Part shown: piece after piece, positions 20,088 through 28,429 of the stretch
How positions within the stretch are numbered: the first letter of the stretch is position 1
How the letters are laid out: every line of letters begins with the position of its first letter
Assembly: GCA_050951805.1 (NCBI GenBank)
Contig: JBMNJT010000002.1
Span: 1,184,001 to 1,248,000, forward strand
DNA length: 64,000 nucleotides
Direction: 5' to 3'
Origin: Bacillota bacterium
GTDB taxonomy: Bacteria; Bacillota; DTU025
The notes under the pieces: model-generated
The model's database searches: none
Seen by the model: only the letters and a program-made list of their open reading frames with translations
Told to the model about the DNA's origin: nothing
Position numbers and translations under genes: made by a program

Positions 20088-22475
20088 ATGATGTCTGAGA
20101 TTTCGAAGCGGCTGAGCATCACAGCGATAAGTGTGCTGATAGTGATCTCGCTAATGTCCTCAGCAGTCCTGGCGGCGCCGGTCACAATAAGGGACGTGCC
20201 GGAGGATCATTGGGCATACGAAGCAGTGAAGCTTCTTGTAGAAAAGGGATATATGGGCGTATATGAGAGCGGCAATTTCTGTGGAGATGATCCGGTCAGC
20301 AGGTATTTGCTTGCCTTTGTGACGGCAAAACTCCTCCGTGATGTGGAGGCGGGCCGTACAACTCTGAGCGAGGACGACATGAGAGTGGTTAGGGAGACAG
20401 CCACGGTCCTCAGGGAGCAGTTGGCTGTGGTCACTGCCAGGCTGGAGGAGGTAGAGCGGATTGCCGCCGGTGCGGCAGGCGACGCCAAAATCGCGCAGGA
20501 GACTTCTGCTTCAGTGGCGCTCAACTACAGCCGGTTGGAACAGGCCATGGAGGAGCAGCGCAAGCAATTGCTGGCGGAGATCGGAAAGACCGCGGGTGCG
20601 TCCGATCAGAAGCTTACTGCGGTCTTCGGTGATCTGAAGAAACAGAGTCAAGAGATCGAAACAGAGCTGGGCCAGGAGATTTCGGAGCTTGCGGCCAGAG
20701 CCGACTCCTTGGAGGCTTTTGCACATAGGTCGTTTGCTTCTGAGGCCCAGTCTCGTGCTGATCTCGAGGCCAAGCTGACGCTATCTCTGAATAAGATCAG
20801 CGAGGACCAGCGGGCTTATGTTGCCCAGATGAATGAGCTCGGGGCGCGGGTAAATGACGTTGACGGAAGATTGAACGCGCTTCAGTCGGAGACGGGATCA
20901 CGCATAGCCACGCTCTCTCTCAGGCTTGATGACACAGCTAAAGGCTTGGCAGCGAATAAGGCCTGGATGGAGAGCGCATTGGCAGCGCTTGATAACAAGG
21001 TCAGCCAGCTGTCAGACGCTTTGGATGCTCAGCGCGTCGACACTGAGCTGAAGCTCGGGTCGATGCAGGCATATCAGAACGGACAGCTTTCATCTGCCAT
21101 AGAGGGCGAACGTGTTGCTAGGGAAAAGGCAGATGCAGGACTGGTGCAACAGATAGATGCTCTGTCGCTTTCTCTGAGCAAGGAGACTCAAGAGCGGAAG
21201 GCTTCGGATGCGGAGATTGCGGCCCGCCAAGCTGAGCTCGAATCGACGCTCAATCTCAAGATAGACAGCGCGATCCAGACTGAGCGTGCCACGCGAGCTT
21301 CCGAACTTGCCGAACTCATGGCGAGGCTGGAGTCTTTAACATCGTCCCAGGACGAATTGGAGCAGACAACTGCTCTCAGATTGGCTGCGGGGATAGAACG
21401 TGAAAAGGCCGATAGGGAAAAGGCGCAGGCAGGACTGGCGCAACAGGTAAGCGCCTTGTCTTTGTCCTTGGATGAAGAGTCCAAAGCGCGAGAGGCTCTG
21501 GGCCTCGATATGTTGGCCCGCCAAGCTCAGCTTGAATCTGCGCTAACTCGCAAAATCGACAGTGCGATCGAAGGCGAAAACGCCGACAGGAAGGCGGCTT
21601 ATGCGGAACTCTCGAGCAAGATAGATGCCTTTTCACTTTCCTTGGGCAAGGAACTCGAGACCGAGCGCGCGCAGCGTGAAGCGGCAGATATTGCCCACCA
21701 GGAAGAGGCAAGAAGGATTCTGGATGAAATTGCGGCCGCCCGGCGCGACATTACTGACATAGAAAGAAAGACTGCAGAAGCAGACGCTGCCATCATTGCG
21801 GCCCTGGAGATCCAGGAGAGCCGAGTCGCCGAACTCGGTGCAGAACTTGCACGTCTCGCTGCAGATGTGAGGACCCTCCAGGAGTATGCTGCAGGCATCG
21901 AGGCGGAGCTGCTCCAGATGTCTGAAAAGACCAGCGAGGATTATGCGTCACAGCAAGCTGCCCTGGCGGAGTTGGCGAAGGCCTTGGACCAGACATCTGC
22001 CGATCTGTCAGCGGCCATCAAGGCCAATGCCGCAGAAGACCTGAAGACCAACGGAAGGGTGCTTCAGAACACCATGCGCATTCAGGATGTGGCGAGGAGT
22101 CTTGACGCTACGAATGAACGTTTGGGGCAGACCGATGTAGCAGTTCGTCAGGCCGAAGGCTCGATAGAGGAGATAACTGCTAGGCTCGCCGAGATAGATT
22201 CACATCTAGCAAGCATAGACAGGTTGCTTGCAGGAAGTGTGGACGAGTTAGCCAAAAAATTCTCGGATGACCTTGTGGCGGAAAGATGGGAAGCCGAGAT
22301 GAGAGAGGTCAAGCTTCAATCGATGATTGAAGAGCTTGAGGCGAGGGTGGAAAAACTTGAGGGTGAGAAGGCCCAGGCAGATGCGAAAAAGCCCGGTTCT
22401 GCCGGAGCCATCGTTGCAGTACTCGGCGTTATTGCCGCTGTAGCTGCAATAGCTATAGGAAGCGGGGGCAAGTAG
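20088..22475 (+). CDS. SLH-domain protein with a very long coiled coil and C-terminal hydrophobic anchor
   Basis: Signal peptide; DVPEDHWAYEAVKLLVEKGYMGVY...F.GDDPVSRY is an SLH domain; about 680 aa of Ala/Glu/Leu-rich coiled coil; C-terminal GAIVAVLGVIAAVAAIAIG. Confidence 0.8.
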   Translation: MMSEISKRLSITAISVLIVISLMSSAVLAAPVTIRDVPEDHWAYEAVKLLVEKGYMGVYESGNFCGDDPVSRYLLAFVTAKLLRDVEAGRTTLSEDDMRVVRETATVLREQLAVVTARLEEVERIAAGAAGDAKIAQETSASVALNYSRLEQAMEEQRKQLLAEIGKTAGASDQKLTAVFGDLKKQSQEIETELGQEISELAARADSLEAFAHRSFASEAQSRADLEAKLTLSLNKISEDQRAYVAQMNELGARVNDVDGRLNALQSETGSRIATLSLRLDDTAKGLAANKAWMESALAALDNKVSQLSDALDAQRVDTELKLGSMQAYQNGQLSSAIEGERVAREKADAGLVQQIDALSLSLSKETQERKASDAEIAARQAELESTLNLKIDSAIQTERATRASELAELMARLESLTSSQDELEQTTALRLAAGIEREKADREKAQAGLAQQVSALSLSLDEESKAREALGLDMLARQAQLESALTRKIDSAIEGENADRKAAYAELSSKIDAFSLSLGKELETERAQREAADIAHQEEARRILDEIAAARRDITDIERKTAEADAAIIAALEIQESRVAELGAELARLAADVRTLQEYAAGIEAELLQMSEKTSEDYASQQAALAELAKALDQTSADLSAAIKANAAEDLKTNGRVLQNTMRIQDVARSLDATNERLGQTDVAVRQAEGSIEEITARLAEIDSHLASIDRLLAGSVDELAKKFSDDLVAERWEAEMREVKLQSMIEELEARVEKLEGEKAQADAKKPGSAGAIVAVLGVIAAVAAIAIGSGGK
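21097..21650 (+). repeat. Degenerate internal duplication (294-bp, 98-aa period) within the SLH coiled-coil gene
   Basis: TAGGGAAAAGGC at 21119 and 21413; GGCCCGCCAAGCT at 21221 and 21515; both pairs offset by 294 bp; ends approximate. Confidence 0.75.
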
Positions 22476-22555
22476 GAAACTCTCGAGGGCTCTAATGCTC
22501 CTTTTGGAAGCGTTTTGCCTTTTCTTTGAGGCGGTATACGTAGCATGTAGCTTAT

Positions 22556-22592
22556 AAGCAGGCTGGGGTCGTTGAGGCCCCGGCCTGCTTTT
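22556..22592 (+). terminator. Intrinsic terminator
   Basis: AAGCAGGCTGGGG...CCCCGGCCTGCTTTT hairpin after the SLH gene. Confidence 0.7.
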
Positions 22593-22616
22593 GATCAAAG
22601 AACGAAGATTGTCTCT

Positions 22617-22847
22617 TCAGGTCTTGGTATCGATCATGGCAATGGTGCATGATTCTCGCGTTAAGCTGTAATCCCTGTCCTCAAACTTCTCATGGCAACC
22701 ATTGACGTTCACTTCAGCGGTCCCTCCAACTCCGTTCTGCGGGTTCCTTGCCACAACTGCTATGAGGCAGTTGCAGCAACGGGGCAAGGTACTATGATGA
22801 AAGGTCTTTTCATCGCCATTTCTCCCTTCACAGAATAGAATCTCCAT
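22617..22847 (-). CDS. Hypothetical small protein (76 aa)
   Basis: ATG-started ORF filling an intergenic gap; weak RBS; no recognisable motif. Confidence 0.35.
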   Translation of the reverse strand: MEILFCEGRNGDEKTFHHSTLPRCCNCLIAVVARNPQNGVGGTAEVNVNGCHEKFEDRDYSLTRESCTIAMIDTKT

Positions 22848-22938
22848 GTAGTGCCCGGTTTGTCAAGTCAACCATCTGAAATGCTCTGGCGGGTACCGGA
22901 GAGAATCCGGATTGGCTTTGAAAGCGCCCATGGCATGG

Positions 22939-22967
22939 AACCAAAGGTACGCCAAAGTCATAATGTA
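22939..22967 (+). promoter_or_regulatory. Putative sigmaK (late mother-cell) promoter
   Basis: AACC-N16-CATAATGTA fits the sigmaK consensus AC-N16/17-CATAnnnTA, about 50 bp upstream of the 23018 ORF. Confidence 0.5.
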
Positions 22968-23017
22968 TACCGCTTTGAGGTTTGCAGGTGGCGAAAGGCG
23001 CAAGGAGGAGAGTGTGA

Positions 23018-23185
23018 ATGGAAGAGTCTTTAAACAGGGAATTCATTGCTGACATCCTCACAATAGCAACGATAGCCATTAGCCTATGGCTGACCGGGGA
23101 GAGAGACGATACCGTGTTGGAAAAAAAGTGCGAGACACTGCCGAACATGGGGATGTTTCGTCCTTTCGGCGAACTGTCCAAGTAG
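23018..23185 (+). CDS. Small hypothetical protein (55 aa), not in the ORF track
   Basis: AAGGAGG RBS; MEESLNREFIADILTIATIAISLWLTGERDDTVLEKKCETLPNMGMFRPFGELSK; ends 18 bp before the subtilisin gene. Confidence 0.6.
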   Translation: MEESLNREFIADILTIATIAISLWLTGERDDTVLEKKCETLPNMGMFRPFGELSK

Positions 23186-23203
23186 GGCAGGGGAGGTAGG
23201 ATC

Positions 23204-24400
23204 ATGCGTAGATGTCAGAGGCTTGGGGGAAATCTGGGCGTTCAGTCTTTTCGCTTCTCTGCGACAGGGAGGCCTAGGGAGCAAAAGATCGTGGTCTTCG
23301 ATCAGAACATCAGCCGAAACCAGTGGGCAGAGATCCTTGCGAACTGTCGTGGACATATTCTCCGTGAGCTACCGCTCGTTAATGGGGTATTGGTTTTGGT
23401 AGACGAAGAAGAGATTGCAGACGTACAGGCGTTGGCTCAATCGCGTTCAGGTGTGGTGAGAGTCGAAGACGATATCGATATAGAGTTAGCCTATGAGGTA
23501 GGCAAAGTGCAGTGGGGTCCGAGGTTTCGGGAGGACGTTCCCTGGGGCGTGAAGAGGATAAACATCGGGGACGCAAGTCAAACGGGAAATGGTGTGAATG
23601 TAGGGATATTAGACACAGGCGTTGACTCGCGCCACCCGGACCTCGCTGGGAACATAAAGGGCGGCTATAGCGCGATTGCCAGAATCGATTCCGCCTCAGA
23701 CGACAACGGCCATGGTACCCATGTAGCAGGGACAATAGGTGCACTGCAAAACAGTATTGGGGTGCTTGGGGTTGCGCCGAGAGCGAATATCTATGCAATC
23801 AAGGTCTTGGATGCGAAAGGATCCGGGAAGCTGTCCAGTCTGATCGATGGCATCGGTTGGTGTGTGGAAAAGGGTATCAAAGTGGTCAACATGAGCCTCA
23901 GTTCGAGCACTGAGAACCAGACATTTAGGGACATGGTTCAGAGTGCGCGCAAAGCAGGAATAACAATGGTATGTGCAGCAGGCAATCGCGGGCCTGGCAG
24001 CAATAGTGTGGGCTATCCGGCAAAGTACGTGGAATCCATAGCGGTTGCGGCTATTGATGAGAATGACAACATCGCCAACTTCTCAAGCAGGGGGCGGGAG
24101 ATCTCGATTTCGGCTCCGGGAGTTGATATTCTCTCAACCTGGCCGGGCAAGCAATACAGGAAGAGCACGGGGACATCAATGGCGGCGCCCCACGTTACAG
24201 GTGCAGTGGCGCTCCTTCTTGAGGCGGATCCGAGCTTGTCTCCGGCAGATATCAAGTCATTGCTGCAGGCAAGCGCCGACAGACTAGACGGAGTCAGTTC
24301 TGACGAGCAAGGTGCCGGAGTTCTCAACGTCTCTCAGGCCCTGTCAAGAGTATCGAAAAAACGGGTTCGCGAGGTTTGCGTTATGGGGGTGGCGACATGA
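23204..24400 (+). CDS. S8 family subtilisin-like serine peptidase with I9-like propeptide, no signal peptide
   Basis: Catalytic triad motifs ILDTG, NGHGTHVAG and GTSMAAPHVTG; AAGN. Confidence 0.93.
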   Translation: MRRCQRLGGNLGVQSFRFSATGRPREQKIVVFDQNISRNQWAEILANCRGHILRELPLVNGVLVLVDEEEIADVQALAQSRSGVVRVEDDIDIELAYEVGKVQWGPRFREDVPWGVKRINIGDASQTGNGVNVGILDTGVDSRHPDLAGNIKGGYSAIARIDSASDDNGHGTHVAGTIGALQNSIGVLGVAPRANIYAIKVLDAKGSGKLSSLIDGIGWCVEKGIKVVNMSLSSSTENQTFRDMVQSARKAGITMVCAAGNRGPGSNSVGYPAKYVESIAVAAIDENDNIANFSSRGREISISAPGVDILSTWPGKQYRKSTGTSMAAPHVTGAVALLLEADPSLSPADIKSLLQASADRLDGVSSDEQGAGVLNVSQALSRVSKKRVREVCVMGVAT

Positions 24401-24894
24401 GAATTCCGACCGATCCAGACAGTATAGGGCTGATAAAGGCTATGCGTCCTTTCCTGAGCGAGAGGGGGCAGGCGGCGGTAGATGATGTCCTGGGTTCTGT
24501 TAACTTAGTAGGCATTTACACTTCAGTCAGCGATGTGTTGACCAAACGGCGCGGCATGGGGCACGATCGTCCTTTGGCCTTCCTGTCGAGCCTGGCTAAT
24601 ATGGAACTCGATCCTAAGATAATTGCGAAGGCGGTGGACAGCATGATGGAGATGTCAAAAAAGCCTGAGTCGGAGCCGGAAAGGGCAACCAGCCTTAATG
24701 GGCCCTCTGGCCCGAGTGCCGATGATGTGGCCAAAATGTTGCAGAACGTGATGGCTAAGGCGTCTTCTGATCCGAATTTTGCTGCGCTTCTTGGCTCGCT
24801 TGCGGAGGAAGGAATGAGGTCAAACATGTTGCCAAAACTCCTGGAGTCGCTTGGACCGGAATTCCTGCCGCCACAGGACCAGCCTGAGCAGTGA
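24397..24894 (+). CDS. Hypothetical protein
   Basis: ATGA overlap with the peptidase stop; LIKAMRPFLSERGQAAVD resembles a motif seen in sporulation-associated hypotheticals. Confidence 0.7.
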   Translation: MRIPTDPDSIGLIKAMRPFLSERGQAAVDDVLGSVNLVGIYTSVSDVLTKRRGMGHDRPLAFLSSLANMELDPKIIAKAVDSMMEMSKKPESEPERATSLNGPSGPSADDVAKMLQNVMAKASSDPNFAALLGSLAEEGMRSNMLPKLLESLGPEFLPPQDQPEQ

Positions 24895-24908
24895 TAGGGG
24901 GTGTTCGG

Positions 24909-25010
24909 GTGAATCTGGGCGATATATTTGGGCCAGGCAGTGCATTGGGAAAACTCCTTCCGCTCTTGATCATGTTGATCATCTTTCTTTTCATAGAATG
25001 GTGGTTCTAG
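24909..25010 (+). CDS. Tiny hydrophobic peptide (33 aa)
   Basis: GGGGG RBS plus GTG start; MNLGDIFGPGSALGKLLPLLIMLIIFLFIEWWF. Confidence 0.55.
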   Translation: MNLGDIFGPGSALGKLLPLLIMLIIFLFIEWWF

Positions 25011-25037
25011 CGATAAACCGAATCGGGGGTGACTTCA

Positions 25038-25154
25038 TTGGTCGAGGGGTTTCCTGAAACTAAAGGGCAATGGTTCTTCTGGGGGTTTCCATGGTGGTGG
25101 TGGTTGATACTGGCTGCCGTAGTTCTTGTCGTGATCTTCGTCTTCTTGGTTTAG
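25038..25154 (+). CDS. Tiny Trp-rich membrane peptide (38 aa)
   Basis: GGGGGTGA RBS plus TTG start; MVEGFPETKGQWFFWGFPWWWWLILAAVVLVVIFVFLV. Confidence 0.6.
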   Translation: MVEGFPETKGQWFFWGFPWWWWLILAAVVLVVIFVFLV

Positions 25155-25712
25155 GGAGCAAATTGCGATGGAATGATGCCGACGGCTTGCATTGCAGGGT
25201 TTCGAATAGTGAGCGACAAGGTCTCATGAGGAAGTAGTTGTGGATAGTGAAACACGCTGTTGTCCTCTGCCAGTGAGTTCCAAGAGGATGATCGCGTTGG
25301 GGTAAAACATTAAAACATGGGCGGTCTACACACGATCCGAAGGAGGGCGCCGGCATGCGCTGGCAGGCCCTCCTTCAAAGGCATCTTGTTGCAGTTCCTA
25401 GAGAGCTCGAATTTACCTTGGTGACACGTAAGTCTTCACGGATTCAATGGAGTCGGCTAATAGTTGCCTCATTCAGGGACGTCACCAATCGGCGGAGCGA
25501 GACTGAGGTCCACCAGACTCGATCTAGTTCGCGCCTGGTGGCGTTTTTGCGTGCACGGGGCTAGTCGAAGCCGCGGGACGTAATGAGATCGTCCGTTCTG
25601 GCTAATCAGCGATGCGAAACCTAAGCGGGATGTTGCCTTCTTTGCGTTTCAGCTTCTGAAAGGCCGATGATATAATATTCGTAATGCTGAAATACAAAGG
25701 GGGCGAGGCAAC

Positions 25713-26930
25713 ATGGGTGCATCATTGGGGCCTGGAATTGTCATAGTAGGATTGGGGCCTGCTGCGGTCAATGCGTTGGAAGGGATAAGGTCGCAGGATG
25801 TGGACGTGCCGGTTACAATATTGTCTCAGGAACCATACTACGCTTATTATCGTCCTCGGCTTTCACATCTTCTTGGTGAAGAAGTGTCCTCTGAAAGCTT
25901 GGCAATTAAGAAGCCGCAATGGTATGAGGAGCGCAATGCCCAGGTATTGCTGGGTCAGACAGCGAAGGCGATCGATGTTGATCGCAAAACCGTGTCGCTG
26001 GATAATGGCAGCGAGCTTTCCGCTTCCTCTGTGATACTGGCTTGTGGAAGCAGTCCGTTCGTGCCCCCGCTTTCGGGGCTTGATAGGGAGAATGTGTTCT
26101 CCTTACGTACCGTCGATGATGCGCGGGCCATCTCCTCAGCCTGTGAGACCGCCAAGACAGTTTGCGTCGTGGGCGCAGGTCCCCTGGGGCTTGAGGCTGC
26201 GTGGGCCCTGGCCAAGCGCGATCTCGAGGTTCATCTGTTGGAGCATGGCTCTCGTTTGCTCTCGAAGATGCTTGATCAAAATGCATCACGGATGCTGGCG
26301 GAGATCGTGGAATCCGCCGGAATTGTTCTTCATCTATCGGCTTTTAGCGAGGCTTTGTTTCCGGGTGGGATCCGTCTTGCAGGAGGCGAGGAGATTCCCG
26401 GAGAAGTAATTTTGTTCTCCACAGGCGTAAGGCCGAATCTCGATGTTCCTCGTTCCGCTGGCCTCAAGATCAATCGCGGGGTGGAGGTCGACAAATTGAT
26501 GCGTACATCGACGCCGTGGATATACGCTGCCGGCGATGTTGCTGAATTCGAAGGCTCTGTAGGAGGAATCCTGCCGGTGGCGGTAGCGCAGGGCAAGGTA
26601 GCTGGCGTCAATGCCGCGGGTGGCCAAGAAGAGTATGTGGCGGTTCCGCCCTCATATACGCTGATGGTGATGGGAACAAGGCTCTTTTCCGTTGGCGATG
26701 TGCAGGATGGTCCCGACGTAACGTCCATAGTAGATGTCGATTACGATAGCCGAGTGTACCGCAAACTCGTGCTGTCAGGTGACAAGGTTGTAGGCGGCAT
26801 CCTCTTTGGCGACATAGCCGGATCCGACAAGATTCGCCGGGCTGTAGAAGAGGGCGTCCAATTGCCTGGCGCTGCAAAGGAAAGCGTGCCTGACTACGCT
26901 TCTCTTCTGGACATGATTGTGAGATACTAG
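25713..26930 (+). CDS. NAD(P)/FAD-dependent oxidoreductase (NADH:rubredoxin oxidoreductase/NirB-like)
   Basis: GLGPAA, YYRPRLS, LRTVDDA, VGAGPLGLEAA, IYAAGDVAE, YRKLVL. Confidence 0.85.
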   Translation: MGASLGPGIVIVGLGPAAVNALEGIRSQDVDVPVTILSQEPYYAYYRPRLSHLLGEEVSSESLAIKKPQWYEERNAQVLLGQTAKAIDVDRKTVSLDNGSELSASSVILACGSSPFVPPLSGLDRENVFSLRTVDDARAISSACETAKTVCVVGAGPLGLEAAWALAKRDLEVHLLEHGSRLLSKMLDQNASRMLAEIVESAGIVLHLSAFSEALFPGGIRLAGGEEIPGEVILFSTGVRPNLDVPRSAGLKINRGVEVDKLMRTSTPWIYAAGDVAEFEGSVGGILPVAVAQGKVAGVNAAGGQEEYVAVPPSYTLMVMGTRLFSVGDVQDGPDVTSIVDVDYDSRVYRKLVLSGDKVVGGILFGDIAGSDKIRRAVEEGVQLPGAAKESVPDYASLLDMIVRY

Positions 26931-26963
26931 GAAATCTACATAGCTTTTTATGGAGGCGGCGGT

Positions 26964-28421
26964 ATGGAAGTCAGACGTAGATCAGCCAAGGTGGTAACTT
27001 TTGGGTGTCAGATGAATGAACGCGACTCTGAGACGATTATGGGCATCCTGTCAAGCCTCGGCTTCGAAGAGTCTTCTAAAGTTGAGGACGCCGACATTGT
27101 AATATTCGTCACCTGCTGTGTTAGGGAGAATGCTGAGAACCGCGCTTTTGGCAATTTGGGAGAGATGAAGCGCTTGAAAGAAGGCAACCCTAATCTCGTG
27201 GTTGGCATGTGCGGATGCATGGCCCAAAGAAGCGATCTCAGGGAGATAGTGCGCGCTCGAATGCCCTGGGTTAACCTGGTGTTTGGCACTCATAATATCC
27301 ACAGGCTGCCTGAGCTTCTCGAGCGCGTCTTCGCTGGCGAGCGGGTTGTGGAGGTGTGGGACGAGCCTGATGAAGTAGTTGAAGGTCTTCCTGCTGTGCG
27401 GGCCTATGGCCACAAAGCCTTCGTCAATATCACGTACGGCTGCGACAACTTCTGTACATACTGCATTGTGCCGTATGTGAGGGGAAGAGAGCGTAGCCGC
27501 CGCATGGAAGATGTAGTAGCTGAGGTCTGCGATCTAGCGGGGAGCGGGTGCGTCGAGGTGACGCTATTGGGTCAGAATGTCAACTCTTACGGTCGTGGCC
27601 TGCCGCCGCTTCCGTCGGGGTCATCGCCTGATTTCGCTGACCTTCTACACGAAGTCAACTTGGTGGATGGCATTAGACGCATCAGGTTTACCACATCACA
27701 CCCTAGGGACTTTTCTGACAAGATGATAGAGGCTGTTGCCTCATCGGAGAAGGTGTGCGAACATTTTCACTTACCTCTGCAGGCAGGGAGCGATAGAGTG
27801 CTTGAGATGATGCACAGAGGATATACTGCCGAGAGGTATCTGGCGCTTTTGGATCGGATAAGAGAAGCTGTTCCCGGGGCATCCATAACGACAGACATAA
27901 TGGTTGGTTTTCCGGGAGAGACGGAGGAAGATTTCCAGGCTACGATGGATGTGGTGAGGCAAGCGAGATTCGATGCGGCATTTACGTTCATCTATTCTCC
28001 CAGGCCAGGGACGGTTGCGGCTCGAATGCCAGACCAGATTGAAGATGAAGTGAAGCATGACCGCGTCTATCGCCTGATAGACCTCGTAAACTCGATAGCT
28101 AGCGAGGTCAATGACGAGCTGTGTGGATCGATAGTCGAGGTAATGGTGGAAGGGCCGTCCGAACGCGACCCGTCGGTCCTTTCAGGGAGAACAAGAACGA
28201 ACAAGATGATCCATTGGACTTCTGAGAAAGCTCACAATCCTGGCGACATTGTCATGCTGCGCGTTTCACAAACGCGCACTTGGACGCTGTACGGCGAGGA
28301 AATTGAGGGTCGTAGTGGGCATCGGGGTGCGCTAACCTGTGATGGGCACGAGGCTGCCGGAGAGGAGATGCAAGGCCGAACAGCGAGGTCCTCAGGCTTT
28401 GGCTACGGATGGAAGGTGTGA
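26964..28421 (+). CDS. miaB: tRNA methylthiotransferase MiaB
   Basis: TFGCQMNERDSE, CCVRENAE, radical SAM motif CDNFCTYC, FTTSHP, TRAM domain. Confidence 0.96.
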   Translation: MEVRRRSAKVVTFGCQMNERDSETIMGILSSLGFEESSKVEDADIVIFVTCCVRENAENRAFGNLGEMKRLKEGNPNLVVGMCGCMAQRSDLREIVRARMPWVNLVFGTHNIHRLPELLERVFAGERVVEVWDEPDEVVEGLPAVRAYGHKAFVNITYGCDNFCTYCIVPYVRGRERSRRMEDVVAEVCDLAGSGCVEVTLLGQNVNSYGRGLPPLPSGSSPDFADLLHEVNLVDGIRRIRFTTSHPRDFSDKMIEAVASSEKVCEHFHLPLQAGSDRVLEMMHRGYTAERYLALLDRIREAVPGASITTDIMVGFPGETEEDFQATMDVVRQARFDAAFTFIYSPRPGTVAARMPDQIEDEVKHDRVYRLIDLVNSIASEVNDELCGSIVEVMVEGPSERDPSVLSGRTRTNKMIHWTSEKAHNPGDIVMLRVSQTRTWTLYGEEIEGRSGHRGALTCDGHEAAGEEMQGRTARSSGFGYGWKV

Positions 28422-28429
28422 CTGCAACG

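Noticed and set aside
25155-25620. Intergenic region with a GAAGGAGGGC...GCCCTCCTTC hairpin and a 69-aa ORF
   Set aside because: No recognisable riboswitch or protein motif, so no call can be supported
25670-25684. PerR/Fur-like box upstream of the flavoprotein oxidoreductase
   Set aside because: Several mismatches to consensus, and it coincides with an ordinary extended -10 element
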